Shown: positions 28,769 through 38,638 of the stretch, in pieces
Numbering within the stretch: position 1 is the first letter of the stretch
How the letters are laid out: every line of letters begins with the position of its first letter
Assembly: GCA_018969905.1 (NCBI GenBank)
Contig: JAGWXK010000003.1
Coordinates: 1-57,610, forward strand
Direction: 5' to 3'
Length of the DNA stretch: 57,610 nucleotides
From: Bdellovibrionales bacterium
GTDB lineage: Bacteria > Bdellovibrionota > UBA1018 > CAIMNF01
Translations under genes and position numbers: made by a program
The notes under the pieces: generated by a model
The model's input: the letters and a program-made list of their open reading frames with translations, nothing else
Database searches by the model: none
What the model was told of the DNA's origin: nothing

Positions 28769-30159
28769 GTATAGTTCACCCCATTGTTTGGTATGTTTGG
28801 AATGAGTGTTTCATCACATCGTGGACTTGGATCTCCCGGGCGAGTTTGTTTGCAGATATCATAGCGAATCACCTTTTCAATGATTGCCGGAATTCCACTG
28901 GAGAGGGTAAGGATTTGGGGTTGCCCGCCGATAAAGGGGGGAGAAATTCGTGAGTAAGAGGGGTAATTGAATGGAAGTCGAGCGCTCACGGGGTTCACCG
29001 AAGGATTCAGCCTGAATCCAAAAAATTGTCGTCCTACTCGAGGCTTAGATGGTGATTGATTCGTTGGCTCCCCCCACCACGAGCCTTTTGGGACTTTCCA
29101 GGAGCCATCGCCCATTACAGCCGAGATTACTTCCGCTGCGCATTTTCGACGACCTTTCAGATCTAGAATGCAATCCCAAAACGAAGTGTCATCGGTGGCT
29201 TGTTTGACTAAGGCGGACCATAAAACACTTCTGTCTGATAAAAGAAAAGTATCCCCAAAGTGTTGTTGAAATGAAGCCTTTGCTTTACTCATAATCTGAA
29301 ACTCAATCATCCCAGAGATAGAAGCTTCGTTCAAAAGCATGGATGCTTTTGCAAGGGTGCATAGACGGAGCGCCGGATCCGTAAGAGCAAATGGAGAAAA
29401 CCCGGGTCTTTCCAGACAGCGATCTACAAGATTGGAGTAGGTATTATCACTGCAAATTGCCTTTGATTCAGGAGGAAGTGAGTTTAAGAATTGTTCAGAC
29501 TTCAGTTGGATTTCCGAAAATCGAGCTTTTGAATCCTGCAGATTTGAGTCCGTGATCGCAGCATCGAGGTCTGCGGGTTTCGAAACCGTTTGAAAAAAAT
29601 CATAAGCCTGTGAGCGGATCTCGTAGGGCATCGCACCCAGCATCCATGAGGCGATCGAGCTCCCACTGTTGCCTTCGAGCTTTAGATAGATTTCTCGACT
29701 GCCAATGTTGATTTCTACCTTAGGAAGGCTTCCACAGACCTGTGCGTTCGTGTAATTCGTTTTTCCATCATTGGCTACGGTTGTGCCCATGTCCCGATAC
29801 CGAAAAGCGAGATCACGGGTACCCTGGTATCGAATGGTTCTCCCCACTACGCTGCAAACCGGATAGGGCATGGGACTCCCCACAGGAGAGGATGCTGTGG
29901 TTTTATTTAAATCCAGATCCCAGCCTTTGTGATAGCCGTAAATCTTTAGGCTCAAGGATTCCAGTGCTTTTGATTTGTATTTTTCATGAACTTCCGAACA
30001 TTTTGGCAGAAGGTTCCTGCACGAGTTTTCAAGTGTGCCACCAGAAATCGATCCGTCATCATTGACACACTTTATGGTAAGTGAAGCGCTTAGGCAGGGT
30101 GTTGTGGAAAAGAGGAGCAGAGCCCATGTGAAAAAGATTTTTTTTCCTTCTTGAATCAA
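28762..30159 (-). CDS. Secreted Cys-rich hypothetical protein
   Basis: 465-aa ORF with signal peptide and many Cys; GAAGG SD; overlaps the next gene, suggesting an operon. Confidence 0.72.
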   Translation of the reverse strand: MIQEGKKIFFTWALLLFSTTPCLSASLTIKCVNDDGSISGGTLENSCRNLLPKCSEVHEKYKSKALESLSLKIYGYHKGWDLDLNKTTASSPVGSPMPYPVCSVVGRTIRYQGTRDLAFRYRDMGTTVANDGKTNYTNAQVCGSLPKVEINIGSREIYLKLEGNSGSSIASWMLGAMPYEIRSQAYDFFQTVSKPADLDAAITDSNLQDSKARFSEIQLKSEQFLNSLPPESKAICSDNTYSNLVDRCLERPGFSPFALTDPALRLCTLAKASMLLNEASISGMIEFQIMSKAKASFQQHFGDTFLLSDRSVLWSALVKQATDDTSFWDCILDLKGRRKCAAEVISAVMGDGSWKVPKGSWWGEPTNQSPSKPRVGRQFFGFRLNPSVNPVSARLPFNYPSYSRISPPFIGGQPQILTLSSGIPAIIEKVIRYDICKQTRPGDPSPRCDETLIPNIPNNGVNYTW

Positions 30160-30209
30160 GTGCGTATCCCCCTTCCTTCATTTTAGTGGAACGTGGTAAG
30201 ATCTACAAT

Positions 30210-30716
30210 ATGAATCAGGTATTCATTGGTTTTCGTTTTTTATTAAACCTATTATGTTTAATTTTGCCGCTCGTTTCGTGGGCCGAGCCCGCTCGGGGGA
30301 AGCAGGCTCGAAAACGCCTTACGGTGCAAGAACGGGCCCAGAAAATGAGGACGGAACAGTTTGAACAAATGAGGGCAAAATCAAAGGAACTTCTGGATGC
30401 CCGGGGACTGAGCGAAGAGAAGCGAAAAGAGTTAGAGCGTCCCGCCCCGCCCCCCCCGACACCTGAGGAAGAAGCGATCAGTGATGCTGAGGATGAAAAG
30501 GAGCAGCTAGAGGCGAAAAAAAAGGCTTCTAGTTTTCCTGTTCAGAGAAAAAACACCAAAGAATCTTATTTCGATTCCAAGAAAGGCTCTGCGGGACGAA
30601 CCTTCAGAAAAGATGTAGGCAAGTCGCCAACCGAATACGGAGATAGCACTGCAACTCCGGGCGAGGCCGAAAAGGATACGATTGAATACCCTCCGGGAGA
30701 AAAACCGAAACAATGA
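30210..30716 (+). CDS. Secreted/anchored, highly charged hypothetical protein
   Basis: Signal-like N-terminus ending in VSWA, poly-Pro stretch, charged tail. Confidence 0.6.
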   Translation: MNQVFIGFRFLLNLLCLILPLVSWAEPARGKQARKRLTVQERAQKMRTEQFEQMRAKSKELLDARGLSEEKRKELERPAPPPPTPEEEAISDAEDEKEQLEAKKKASSFPVQRKNTKESYFDSKKGSAGRTFRKDVGKSPTEYGDSTATPGEAEKDTIEYPPGEKPKQ

Positions 30717-30731
30717 TCTGAATTCTGTTAC

Positions 30732-32234
30732 CTACGGATGAATGAGGGTGCGGAACAAAAGATAAAATCCTGCGGAGAGGCCAAGAGTCACTGGTAGCGT
30801 TAGGACCCAGGCCATGAGAATGGTTTTGATCGTGGATCCTCGAACGCTCGATCCTGCACCAATCATCGTTCCTGCAACGCCCGAGGAGAGACAATGGGTA
30901 GTGCTTACTGGGACCCCTACCAATGCAGACACTCCAATCATGCTCATCGCTACGCTTTGTGCCACCGCTCCTTGAGCGTAGGTGAGTTCTGATGTTCCGA
31001 TTTTTTCGCCAATCGTTTCTACCACTCGTCTCCACCCAATCATGGTTCCAAGTCCTAGAGAAATAGCAATAAGAACGATCACCCAGAACGGTGCATATTC
31101 GATGATCGAAAAAAGTGCTTTTCGTGCCTTCTTAGTATCGGGTAAGGCATAACCTGCGCGTTCGAGGGTACTGAGCCCCGATTCAAGTTGTACGATGTTG
31201 GAATGAAGCCGAAGTCGTTTTTCTTCGGTCACATCCGCAGTGGACGAGGCTCCCTTTAGGTCGTCTTGGATTTGGGCAGATAATACGAGAGACTTCTCCA
31301 TTGCCTTTTGTGTCTTCTCGGATAGGGGTTTTTCTGGATTTGCATGTGCATTTCGAATCAGAATTCCCTTTTCGTTTCTGGAGGACTCCGAAAGAGAGGC
31401 TACCGTAATCTCAATCTGGCGGGCAGACAAAATGGCCTGCGCGATTTTTTCGCTGGATACCGAAGGATTCAGCGAAAACTGCGCTGGAAGTAGAGCGATC
31501 AGGATCATCATCATGAGCCCCACGCCTTTTTGGCCGTCATTGGATCCATGGGCAAGGCTCACTCCGGTGCTTGTGCCAATCAGCGCGATTCGGATCGGGA
31601 TGGGAGGGGTTTTCCCAGGGATCTGGGGCGAGTGCAGTCGGTTCGAATTCCTGGTCATCGCCTTAAGGAGAACCAATCCAAGGGCTGCCAACAAAAATCC
31701 CAGAAGAGGTGAAATCAGAAGCGAGAGACCCACCTCGCTGGTTTTCGTCCAATTCACTCCGGACGAAATGGTGTTCCCGTTTGAGATCGCATGCCCCACG
31801 CCGACGCCAAGGATCCCTCCGATCAGGGCATGAGAACTTGAGGCGGGAATTCCAAAGTACCAGGTTCCAAGGTTCCAAATGCAAGAGGACAAAAGCATCG
31901 AGAAAACGGCAATGAGGCTAAGTGAGGTGTTGTTTGAGGCCAGCACATCGGCAGGCAGGAGCTTCACGATTCCCATCGCAACCGAAATGCCGCCGATGAA
32001 TACTCCGATGAAGTTGCAGATCCCGGACCAAAGAACGGCGGTCCATGGTTTCAGCGAGCGGGTATAGATGACGGTCGCAACGGCATTGGCGGTGTCGTGA
32101 AATCCATTGATGAACTCAAAAGCACACGCAATCAAAAGCGCGAGAAGAAGCAGGGCAAGAGTTCCGTTTCCACTGGCCAATGCGAATCCCGAATAGAGCA
32201 AATCAAATTCGGTTTGTAGGGATGATAGATTCAC
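30732..32234 (-). CDS. pitA: Inorganic phosphate transporter (PiT family)
   Basis: NGFHDTANAVAT, HGSNDGQK and PVSTTH motifs. Confidence 0.93.
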   Translation of the reverse strand: MNLSSLQTEFDLLYSGFALASGNGTLALLLLALLIACAFEFINGFHDTANAVATVIYTRSLKPWTAVLWSGICNFIGVFIGGISVAMGIVKLLPADVLASNNTSLSLIAVFSMLLSSCIWNLGTWYFGIPASSSHALIGGILGVGVGHAISNGNTISSGVNWTKTSEVGLSLLISPLLGFLLAALGLVLLKAMTRNSNRLHSPQIPGKTPPIPIRIALIGTSTGVSLAHGSNDGQKGVGLMMMILIALLPAQFSLNPSVSSEKIAQAILSARQIEITVASLSESSRNEKGILIRNAHANPEKPLSEKTQKAMEKSLVLSAQIQDDLKGASSTADVTEEKRLRLHSNIVQLESGLSTLERAGYALPDTKKARKALFSIIEYAPFWVIVLIAISLGLGTMIGWRRVVETIGEKIGTSELTYAQGAVAQSVAMSMIGVSALVGVPVSTTHCLSSGVAGTMIGAGSSVRGSTIKTILMAWVLTLPVTLGLSAGFYLLFRTLIHP

Positions 32235-32326
32235 TGAACATCTCCGGACCCATTGTTTTTGAATTCTAGAGGTTTAATTAAGTCAGAAGGGGCTAAAAAT
32301 CAAATCAGAATATGGTGAGGAGGATT

Positions 32327-32776
32327 GGATGACCCAGGACAGGAGTGTTTTCGTGAAGTCCCCGGCAGAGTCTTTCCCCTTTTTGAACCAATGGTTTCCT
32401 CCACGAACCTCCTGTTCTTTTCGCTTTCGCCATCCTGGCTCGCTCAGAAAGTCGGAAACCAGTGGTTCAAAAGGGGGGAAGGACTCCGGCATGAAACTGC
32501 ACGAAAACACTTCGGTCATGGCTCACCCGAAGCCCTGACTCGGAAGAGTCGGCCAAAACCCCAAGATGACCGCGGGATGAGTCTAAAAGCTGAGGAAGCC
32601 ATGTCCGGTCACCGGGTAAAGTCGGAAACCCTTGGTTCAAAAGGGGGGAAGGACTCCGGCATGAAACTGCACGAAAACACTCCGGTCATGGCTCACCCGA
32701 AGCCCTGACTCGCAAGAGTCGGCCAAAACCCCAAGATGCCCACGGGGTGAGTCCACAAGCTGAGGAAACCAGGTCC
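32327..32776. repeat. Intergenic repeat cluster: two ~159-bp direct copies (170-bp period) plus a partial inverted copy
   Basis: 32448-32606 and 32618-32776 are nearly identical; 32327-32399 is a diverged reverse complement of the first ~75 nt of the unit. Confidence 0.9.
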
Positions 32777-32798
32777 ATACGAGCGCGTTCGGCGCAAT

Positions 32799-33143
32799 TT
32801 AGGGAATGTTCGTCCAAGGGCCGGCATTCAGCACTTCAAAGCCTTTGGCTCGAAGAACGCCCGCTGCGATTCCGCTTCGGGCGCCGCTTGCGCAGCAAAG
32901 GATCACGGGTACATCCTTCTTTAGCTCCGCACATCGGGAATCAAATTGATTCAGTGGAATGTTGATGCTCCCCGGTCGATGAGCCCCGTTGTATTCGGCC
33001 TCGGTTCGGACATCGACAATTACAGCTCCTCGGTGAAGGAGCCCTGGGATTGCGGACCGGGCCCGCCGAAATCCAAAATAACGGTACAGAATGAATCCCG
33101 TGATTAGAACGAGGGGGAGGGCTTGGGTTGGCTCGAAGGTCAT
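32799..33143 (-). CDS. Membrane-anchored rhodanese-like sulfurtransferase
   Basis: IVDVRT...EY...H..GSINIP and active loop CASGAR; N-terminal TM helix. Confidence 0.9.
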   Translation of the reverse strand: MTFEPTQALPLVLITGFILYRYFGFRRARSAIPGLLHRGAVIVDVRTEAEYNGAHRPGSINIPLNQFDSRCAELKKDVPVILCCASGARSGIAAGVLRAKGFEVLNAGPWTNIP

Positions 33144-33547
33144 TTCGCACCACCGGTAGTGATTGCTTTTGAGACTCGTTCCAAAACGGCATCAATCTGC
33201 TCGGCCATCTTGACGAGATCAGGCGAGTTCAGGGTTTTCACCATGCTTGAGGGCTTGATCAGGCGGATCTTGGAGCGGCTCGAGCCCGCGTCTTCCACCA
33301 CGACATTGCAAGGAACGAGCAGTAGCATGTCAGGAGTTTTGGAATACGCCTCATAGGCAAACCCCGGATTGCAGGCTCCTAAGATCGCGGTTTTCGGAAG
33401 CGTGTGACCAAGCTTTTCCTTGATCTTCTGATCAAAGTCGATTCGGGTAAGAACTCCAAATCCCTCTGCCTTTAAGCATTCGGTGGTTTTTTCGATTGCA
33501 GAATCAAAGGGCAGGTTCAGGGTGGCTTCGAAACTCAGGGTGGACAT
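33140..33547 (-). CDS. DUF302 protein
   Basis: GFGVLTRID, ILGACNP and LLVPCNVVV; start ATG 33547 after a GGAG SD. Confidence 0.9.
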   Translation of the reverse strand: MSTLSFEATLNLPFDSAIEKTTECLKAEGFGVLTRIDFDQKIKEKLGHTLPKTAILGACNPGFAYEAYSKTPDMLLLVPCNVVVEDAGSSRSKIRLIKPSSMVKTLNSPDLVKMAEQIDAVLERVSKAITTGGAK

Positions 33548-33601
33548 AAATGAGGACTCCTTTTGCTGGATGCTTTTTAGCATGCAATTCTTTGCTTGCA
33601 T

Positions 33602-33621
33602 ATATTATAAAATTATAATAT
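33602..33621. promoter_or_regulatory. Palindromic operator, probable ArsR/SqrR site
   Basis: ATATTATAA-AA-TTATAATAT perfect inverted repeat between the divergent DUF302 and ArsR genes. Confidence 0.65.
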
Positions 33622-33640
33622 TTTAATAAAAGAGGCAAGC

Positions 33641-33943
33641 ATGAAAGAATCTGAAATCAAAATGATGGCAAGCAGGTGTGATGAAGTGAGTCAGGTGTTG
33701 AAATCCCTCTCGCACCCCATTCGGCTAAAGGTGCTCTGCTCCTTGATTGACCGCGAAAAAACGGTAGGAGAACTCGTGGACTTCGGAGGCATCTCGCAAT
33801 CCGCCATGTCCCAGTTTTTGATCCGGCTCAAGAACGAAGGCGTGCTGAGCTCCAGAAAAGAGGGGACTTCCGTCTACTACACGCTCGCTGATGAGCGCCT
33901 AAAAAAGCTGATCCATTCAATCAAGGAGATTTTTTGTCCATGA
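33641..33943 (+). CDS. ArsR/SmtB repressor, SqrR/BigR-like (persulfide-sensing)
   Basis: LKSLSHPIRLKVLC and ISQSAMSQ HTH; C-terminal FC Cys positioned as in the SqrR/BigR Cys pair. Confidence 0.85.
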   Translation: MKESEIKMMASRCDEVSQVLKSLSHPIRLKVLCSLIDREKTVGELVDFGGISQSAMSQFLIRLKNEGVLSSRKEGTSVYYTLADERLKKLIHSIKEIFCP

Positions 33944-35256
33944 ACCCGAAATTTGCAGTTTTCCTGATGTCAGTATGGGTTGCCATTTCAGGCGCGAATC
34001 AGGCTTGGGCCGAACCGCTCGCGTTCTCCGAGCTTTGGAGCAAGATTCGCTCGAACTCGAGTGGCTTGCGGGGGGAGGAGCTCGAGGCTGGCATGGCACG
34101 CGAGGCCCGCGAGAGGGCGGCACTTCACTGGCTTCCAAACGTTAGTCTTGGGGGTCGATACTTCACCACGAATGATCCGGGGCTTTCCCTTTTCTCAAAG
34201 CTAGGACAGCGCCAGGTACTTTCGCAGGATTTTGCGGCTGCGGCTCTCAATGAACCCGGATTTCAGAAATATGGACAGCTCTCCTTGCAGGCGGAGCTTC
34301 CCTTGTATGAGGGAGGCATGAAGGAGGCCGCGCGCAGGGCTGCTCAATTTTGGCAGGAATCCCGCGAAAAGTTCCGGGATGCAAAGGAGCTTGAGTTGCA
34401 CTCAAAGGCGGCTCACGATTTTGGAAGGATTTTGTCGCTCCATCATGCGAAGGCTCGGGCAATCGAGATGCGGGATGCTCTGTCAGGCATTCTGAAACGA
34501 TATGCACTTGGAAGTCGCGCAAATCCTGTCGGCTACTCCGGGATGTTGGGCCTCCGTGCGCTTCAAAACCGCATTTTGTCCGTGATCAATTCCATCATGG
34601 CGGAAGAGCAGGGGCTTAAGTCGGGGATTTCGGTGCTTGCCGGATTGAATCAGGAACCCTGGGAGCCAAAGTCCGCGAATGTTGCGGAGTTTGTCGAAGC
34701 AACGCTTCCAATGCCCGGAGCTCCGGAAACCACACTGCTCGAGGAGGCTCAGAATCTCTCGGCTCATGCAAGCGATGAACAATCTTTCATGGAACGTTCA
34801 CGATACCTTCCTGGAGTAGGGTTGTTTGGATCGGAGAATTGGAATGCAGGCGACCGTGGGAACGCATTCACCACGACTGCTGGAATTTATCTCAAATGGT
34901 CTTTATTCAGTCCGGACTCGTGGAATCGCCTGAGTGAATCAAGCTTGAGATCAAAGCGGGAATCGATGCGTTCGAAAGAGGCCTCCGAGCGGGCAAAGAC
35001 TGCATTTTACGAATTGGAATCCCGCGCGCAGGCACTGGATTCAAATCTCAAAATCATCCGCGAGTCCGAGGAGCTGCTCGGCGAACAAACCCGAATTGCG
35101 CTTCGCTTGTTTCAAGACGGTGCAATCGGTGCCCTTGCCCTGGCCGAGGCCTTGAATCGAAGGGTGGATCTGCTGCTCGACCGGGTACGCCTTGAGTCCG
35201 AGTGGATTGGCGGCAGGAGTTCTTTGCAAAGCTACATCAGGAAAGAAGGAATCTGA
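33940..35256 (+). CDS. TolC-family outer-membrane efflux protein
   Basis: Signal peptide, WLPNVSL, LPLYEGG and RYLP repeats; directly upstream of the RND gene. Confidence 0.8.
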   Translation: MNPKFAVFLMSVWVAISGANQAWAEPLAFSELWSKIRSNSSGLRGEELEAGMAREARERAALHWLPNVSLGGRYFTTNDPGLSLFSKLGQRQVLSQDFAAAALNEPGFQKYGQLSLQAELPLYEGGMKEAARRAAQFWQESREKFRDAKELELHSKAAHDFGRILSLHHAKARAIEMRDALSGILKRYALGSRANPVGYSGMLGLRALQNRILSVINSIMAEEQGLKSGISVLAGLNQEPWEPKSANVAEFVEATLPMPGAPETTLLEEAQNLSAHASDEQSFMERSRYLPGVGLFGSENWNAGDRGNAFTTTAGIYLKWSLFSPDSWNRLSESSLRSKRESMRSKEASERAKTAFYELESRAQALDSNLKIIRESEELLGEQTRIALRLFQDGAIGALALAEALNRRVDLLLDRVRLESEWIGGRSSLQSYIRKEGI

Positions 35257-35258
35257 TC

Positions 35259-38200
35259 ATGAACACGAATCCTGAAAAGGTCGGTCTGGCAGGTAAGATT
35301 GCGCTTGGATTCATTCACTCAAAGCTCACTCCCGTTCTTGCAATTTTTTCGATTCTGTTCGGACTTGCGGCGGTGGTCCTTACCCCGAAGGAAGAGGAAC
35401 CCCAGATCTCGGTACCGATGATTGACATTTCAATCGGCGCGCCCGGGCTTGAAGCCCAGGAAGTCGAACGAAAGGTAACCGAGCCCATCGAGCGCGCAGT
35501 CTGGGGACTGGAGGGGGTTGAATATGTTTATTCCTCCTCCAGAGCAAATGGAGCTTTGATTACAGTTCGCTTCAAGGTGGGTGAGCCCATGGAGCCAAGT
35601 CTGGTCAAGGTTCACCATCAATTGCTGGTTTCCAAGCAGGAATTGCCCCATGGAGTCACTGATCCGGTGGTTCGGTCTTTTTCTGTCGATGATGTTCCTT
35701 TTTTGAATCTCGCCTTCAGCTCAAGCACCCTTGATCCTGCAGCTCTTCGATCCTTGGTCGCACCTCTTGCCCGCGAGTTTTCCAGCACTCCGGATCTTTC
35801 CCTGGTGGAACTGCGTGGTGGCCTGAGACGTACTCTTCGGGTGATTGCCGATCCGAAGCGCTTGAGTGGAAGCGGAGTAAGTCTTCTTGCGCTTTATGAT
35901 GCTCTTCAAAAGAACCATGTACTCACACCGTCTGGAAAAAATTGGAGTGAGGAGCGGGTGTATGACGTGGAAGCGGGTGGAAGGCTTTCTTCAAAAGCCG
36001 ACATCGAAAATCTGCCGGTGGGCCAAAGAGCGGGTCGGGTGATTCGCGTCCGGGATGTGGCCGAAGTGATCGATGGTCCGGAGGCAAGGACTCGCGCATC
36101 TGTGCTGCTGGATCGCGAAAAGGCGGGTTCAGTCGAGAATACGGTCTCGATCGTATTTTCAAAGAGAAAAGGAACCAATGTGGTCGAGCTCTCGAAGGCC
36201 TTGCTCACGCGCGCAGAAATTTTTGCCAAGGGCCTGCCAAAAGATGTGCGAATGACGGAGCTTCGGAATTATGGAAAAACGGCCAATCAGAAGTCGCTTG
36301 AGTTGATTGAGCACCTCCTGATCGCCACCCTCTCGGTTGCAGCCCTCATTGCGCTTGCGATGGGATTCAGGGCATCACTTGTCGTTGCGATCGCGATTCC
36401 CGTGACCCTTGCTCTTACTCTCGGAATTTATTACTTCCTGGGCTACACGCTGAACCGGATTACCCTGTTCGCCTTGATCTTTTCGATCGGGATTTTGGTC
36501 GATGATGCGATCGTCGTGGTCGAAAATATTGAGCGCCATCTGAAGCTTGACCCGAGACAAGGCATCGCAAAAGCGGCAATCCGAGCGGTGAGCGAAGTCG
36601 GAAACCCGACCATTCTTGCGACCTTCACCGTGATCGCGGCAATTCTCCCCATGGCCTTTGTGCGGGGAATGATGGGCCCCTATATGAAACCGATTCCGGT
36701 GGGGGCAAGCCTTGCGATGATCCTGTCGCTGATCGTCGCATTCGTTGTCACTCCTTGGGCATCGGTGAAGCTCTTGAAGGCGCACGAGCCTGTTCATGAT
36801 TCCCCGGAAAAAGAGGGGAGGCTTGATCGGGTTTACCGTGGAATCATGGAGAGTCTGCTCGGAAAAAAACGATCCGTTTTGCTTTTTGCGGGTCTCGTCG
36901 GTGTTTTGTTTCTGATTGCATTCTCGCTCCTTTACTTCAAGGCGGCGAAAGTGAAGATGCTTCCGTTTGACAATAAAAACGAGTTCCAAGTTCTTCTTGA
37001 CTATGAAGACGGGACTCCGCTCGCAAAGAGCCTTCAACTGTCAACGGAACTCTCGCGCGAGCTTCTCACTCATCCGGAAGTGAAGCGGGTGCAGGTGTTC
37101 GTGGGCGAGGCTGCTCCGTTTTCATTCTCCGGAATGGTGAAGCATGCGTTTCTTCGGGGGCAGGACGATCAAGCGGATTTGCAGGTAGTCTTGAGTGAAA
37201 AAGACGACCGCAAAGAATCAAGTCACGCGATCATCGAAGGACTGCGCCCGATCATATCAAGATTCGGACAGAAACACCATGCAGTGACGAAGGTACTGGA
37301 GGTACCGCCCGGGCCCCCGGTTTTATCCACCATGGTGGCTGAAATTTACGGACCCGAGCCTGCGGTCCGTGAATCCACCGCGCGCGAGATCGAGGCGATA
37401 TTCAAGAATGAACCCAGTGTTGTGGATCTTGATACCACGCTCAGGAATCAGAGGAGCCGACTTCGATTCGGGTTCAATTTTGACCGGGGAGGACTTCTTG
37501 GGTCCAATAGCCGCGATTTTTCATCCTTAAGTGGATTGATGTTTTCTGAAAGCCGGGTCGGGATTCTGGATGAGAACCTCGCTCCCGAAGAAGTGGGAAT
37601 CGATCTTTCTTTGAATTCCGGGAGTCGCGCAGGTTCGGCGCCCTTTCAGGGACAAAGGCTCTCGTCTTTTGAGTCGGGAAGTGTGGACGCTTCCGGATTG
37701 ATGAAAAAGCCCGAGGTGCTGACCACCCCGGTATTGTATCGGAAGAATCTGAAGCCCGTGGTGATGGTGATGAGCGAACTCTCGGGCGCCGAGGAGGCTC
37801 CGGTGTATGGAATCCTGAAGCTTGATCCCAAGATCAAGGTTCGCACCCAGACTTCCGATGTGCCCTGGGATACGCGCGAGCCGGTCTTGAAGTGGGACGG
37901 AGAGTGGTTCATCACCTACGAAGTGTTCCGCGATCTTGGTGGAGCCTTTGCGGTCGTGATCATCCTGATCTACGTGCTCGTGCTGGGATGGTTCAGAAGC
38001 TATGCGGTACCGCTCGTCATCATGGCGCCGATTCCGATCAGCCTGATTGGAATTCTTCCCGGGCATGCGATGCTTGGCGCTTATTTTACGGCGACCTCGA
38101 TGATTGGCTTCATTGCCGGGGCCGGAATCATTGTCAGGAACTCGATCATCCTCGTGGATTTCATCGAGCAGCAGATTTCCGAGGGTGCGGCGTTGAAAGA

Positions 38201-38429
38201 TGCGGTCATCAATGCCGGGGTTCTCAGGTTCAGACCCATGCTGCTGACTGCTGCAGCGGTGGTAGTTGGGGGAGCTGTGATGCTTGCGGATCCGATCTTC
38301 CAGGGGCTTGCGGTCAGTCTCATTTTCGGTGAGATCGCAGCCACGGTACTCAGTCGGTTTGCTGTGCCTGCGATGTATTACTGGTTGGTAGGTAAATCCC
38401 GGCTTCGGGAATTAAGGAGTGAAAGATGA
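35259..38429 (+). CDS. RND transporter (AcrB/CusA family)
   Basis: EEEPQISVP, GILVDDAIVVVENI, GIIVRNSIILVDF and RFRPMLLT motifs. Confidence 0.95.
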   Translation: MNTNPEKVGLAGKIALGFIHSKLTPVLAIFSILFGLAAVVLTPKEEEPQISVPMIDISIGAPGLEAQEVERKVTEPIERAVWGLEGVEYVYSSSRANGALITVRFKVGEPMEPSLVKVHHQLLVSKQELPHGVTDPVVRSFSVDDVPFLNLAFSSSTLDPAALRSLVAPLAREFSSTPDLSLVELRGGLRRTLRVIADPKRLSGSGVSLLALYDALQKNHVLTPSGKNWSEERVYDVEAGGRLSSKADIENLPVGQRAGRVIRVRDVAEVIDGPEARTRASVLLDREKAGSVENTVSIVFSKRKGTNVVELSKALLTRAEIFAKGLPKDVRMTELRNYGKTANQKSLELIEHLLIATLSVAALIALAMGFRASLVVAIAIPVTLALTLGIYYFLGYTLNRITLFALIFSIGILVDDAIVVVENIERHLKLDPRQGIAKAAIRAVSEVGNPTILATFTVIAAILPMAFVRGMMGPYMKPIPVGASLAMILSLIVAFVVTPWASVKLLKAHEPVHDSPEKEGRLDRVYRGIMESLLGKKRSVLLFAGLVGVLFLIAFSLLYFKAAKVKMLPFDNKNEFQVLLDYEDGTPLAKSLQLSTELSRELLTHPEVKRVQVFVGEAAPFSFSGMVKHAFLRGQDDQADLQVVLSEKDDRKESSHAIIEGLRPIISRFGQKHHAVTKVLEVPPGPPVLSTMVAEIYGPEPAVRESTAREIEAIFKNEPSVVDLDTTLRNQRSRLRFGFNFDRGGLLGSNSRDFSSLSGLMFSESRVGILDENLAPEEVGIDLSLNSGSRAGSAPFQGQRLSSFESGSVDASGLMKKPEVLTTPVLYRKNLKPVVMVMSELSGAEEAPVYGILKLDPKIKVRTQTSDVPWDTREPVLKWDGEWFITYEVFRDLGGAFAVVIILIYVLVLGWFRSYAVPLVIMAPIPISLIGILPGHAMLGAYFTATSMIGFIAGAGIIVRNSIILVDFIEQQISEGAALKDAVINAGVLRFRPMLLTAAAVVVGGAVMLADPIFQGLAVSLIFGEIAATVLSRFAVPAMYYWLVGKSRLRELRSER

Positions 38430-38638
38430 AAGTGGAAAATTGGATCCGTCGGTTTGCAGGTAGCTTTGTTTTGGTGAGTCTTGTGTTGTCGAGAGTACAT
38501 TCCGAGAATTGGTTGTACTTCACGGCGTTTGTGGGTTTGAACCTGATTCAGTCCAGCTTCACGGGCTTCTGTCCGCTTGAAATGGTGTTGAAGCGAGTGA
38601 TTCGGGAACAACCCGGTGAGAGCGGTGTCAAACCATGA
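38426..38638 (+). CDS. DUF2892/YgaP-like membrane protein
   Basis: IRRFAG...FVGLNLIQSSFTGFCPL signature. Confidence 0.9.
   Translation: MKVENWIRRFAGSFVLVSLVLSRVHSENWLYFTAFVGLNLIQSSFTGFCPLEMVLKRVIREQPGESGVKP

Noticed and set aside
32283-32708. Small ORFs inside the repeat cluster
   Set aside because: They merely translate the repeats; no independent coding evidence.
32448-32776. Possible CRISPR array or hammerhead ribozyme in the 170-bp repeat (CTGAGGA...GAAAC)
   Set aside because: The units are ~159 bp with no unique spacers and no cas genes nearby; hammerhead stems I and II cannot be formed around the core-like words.
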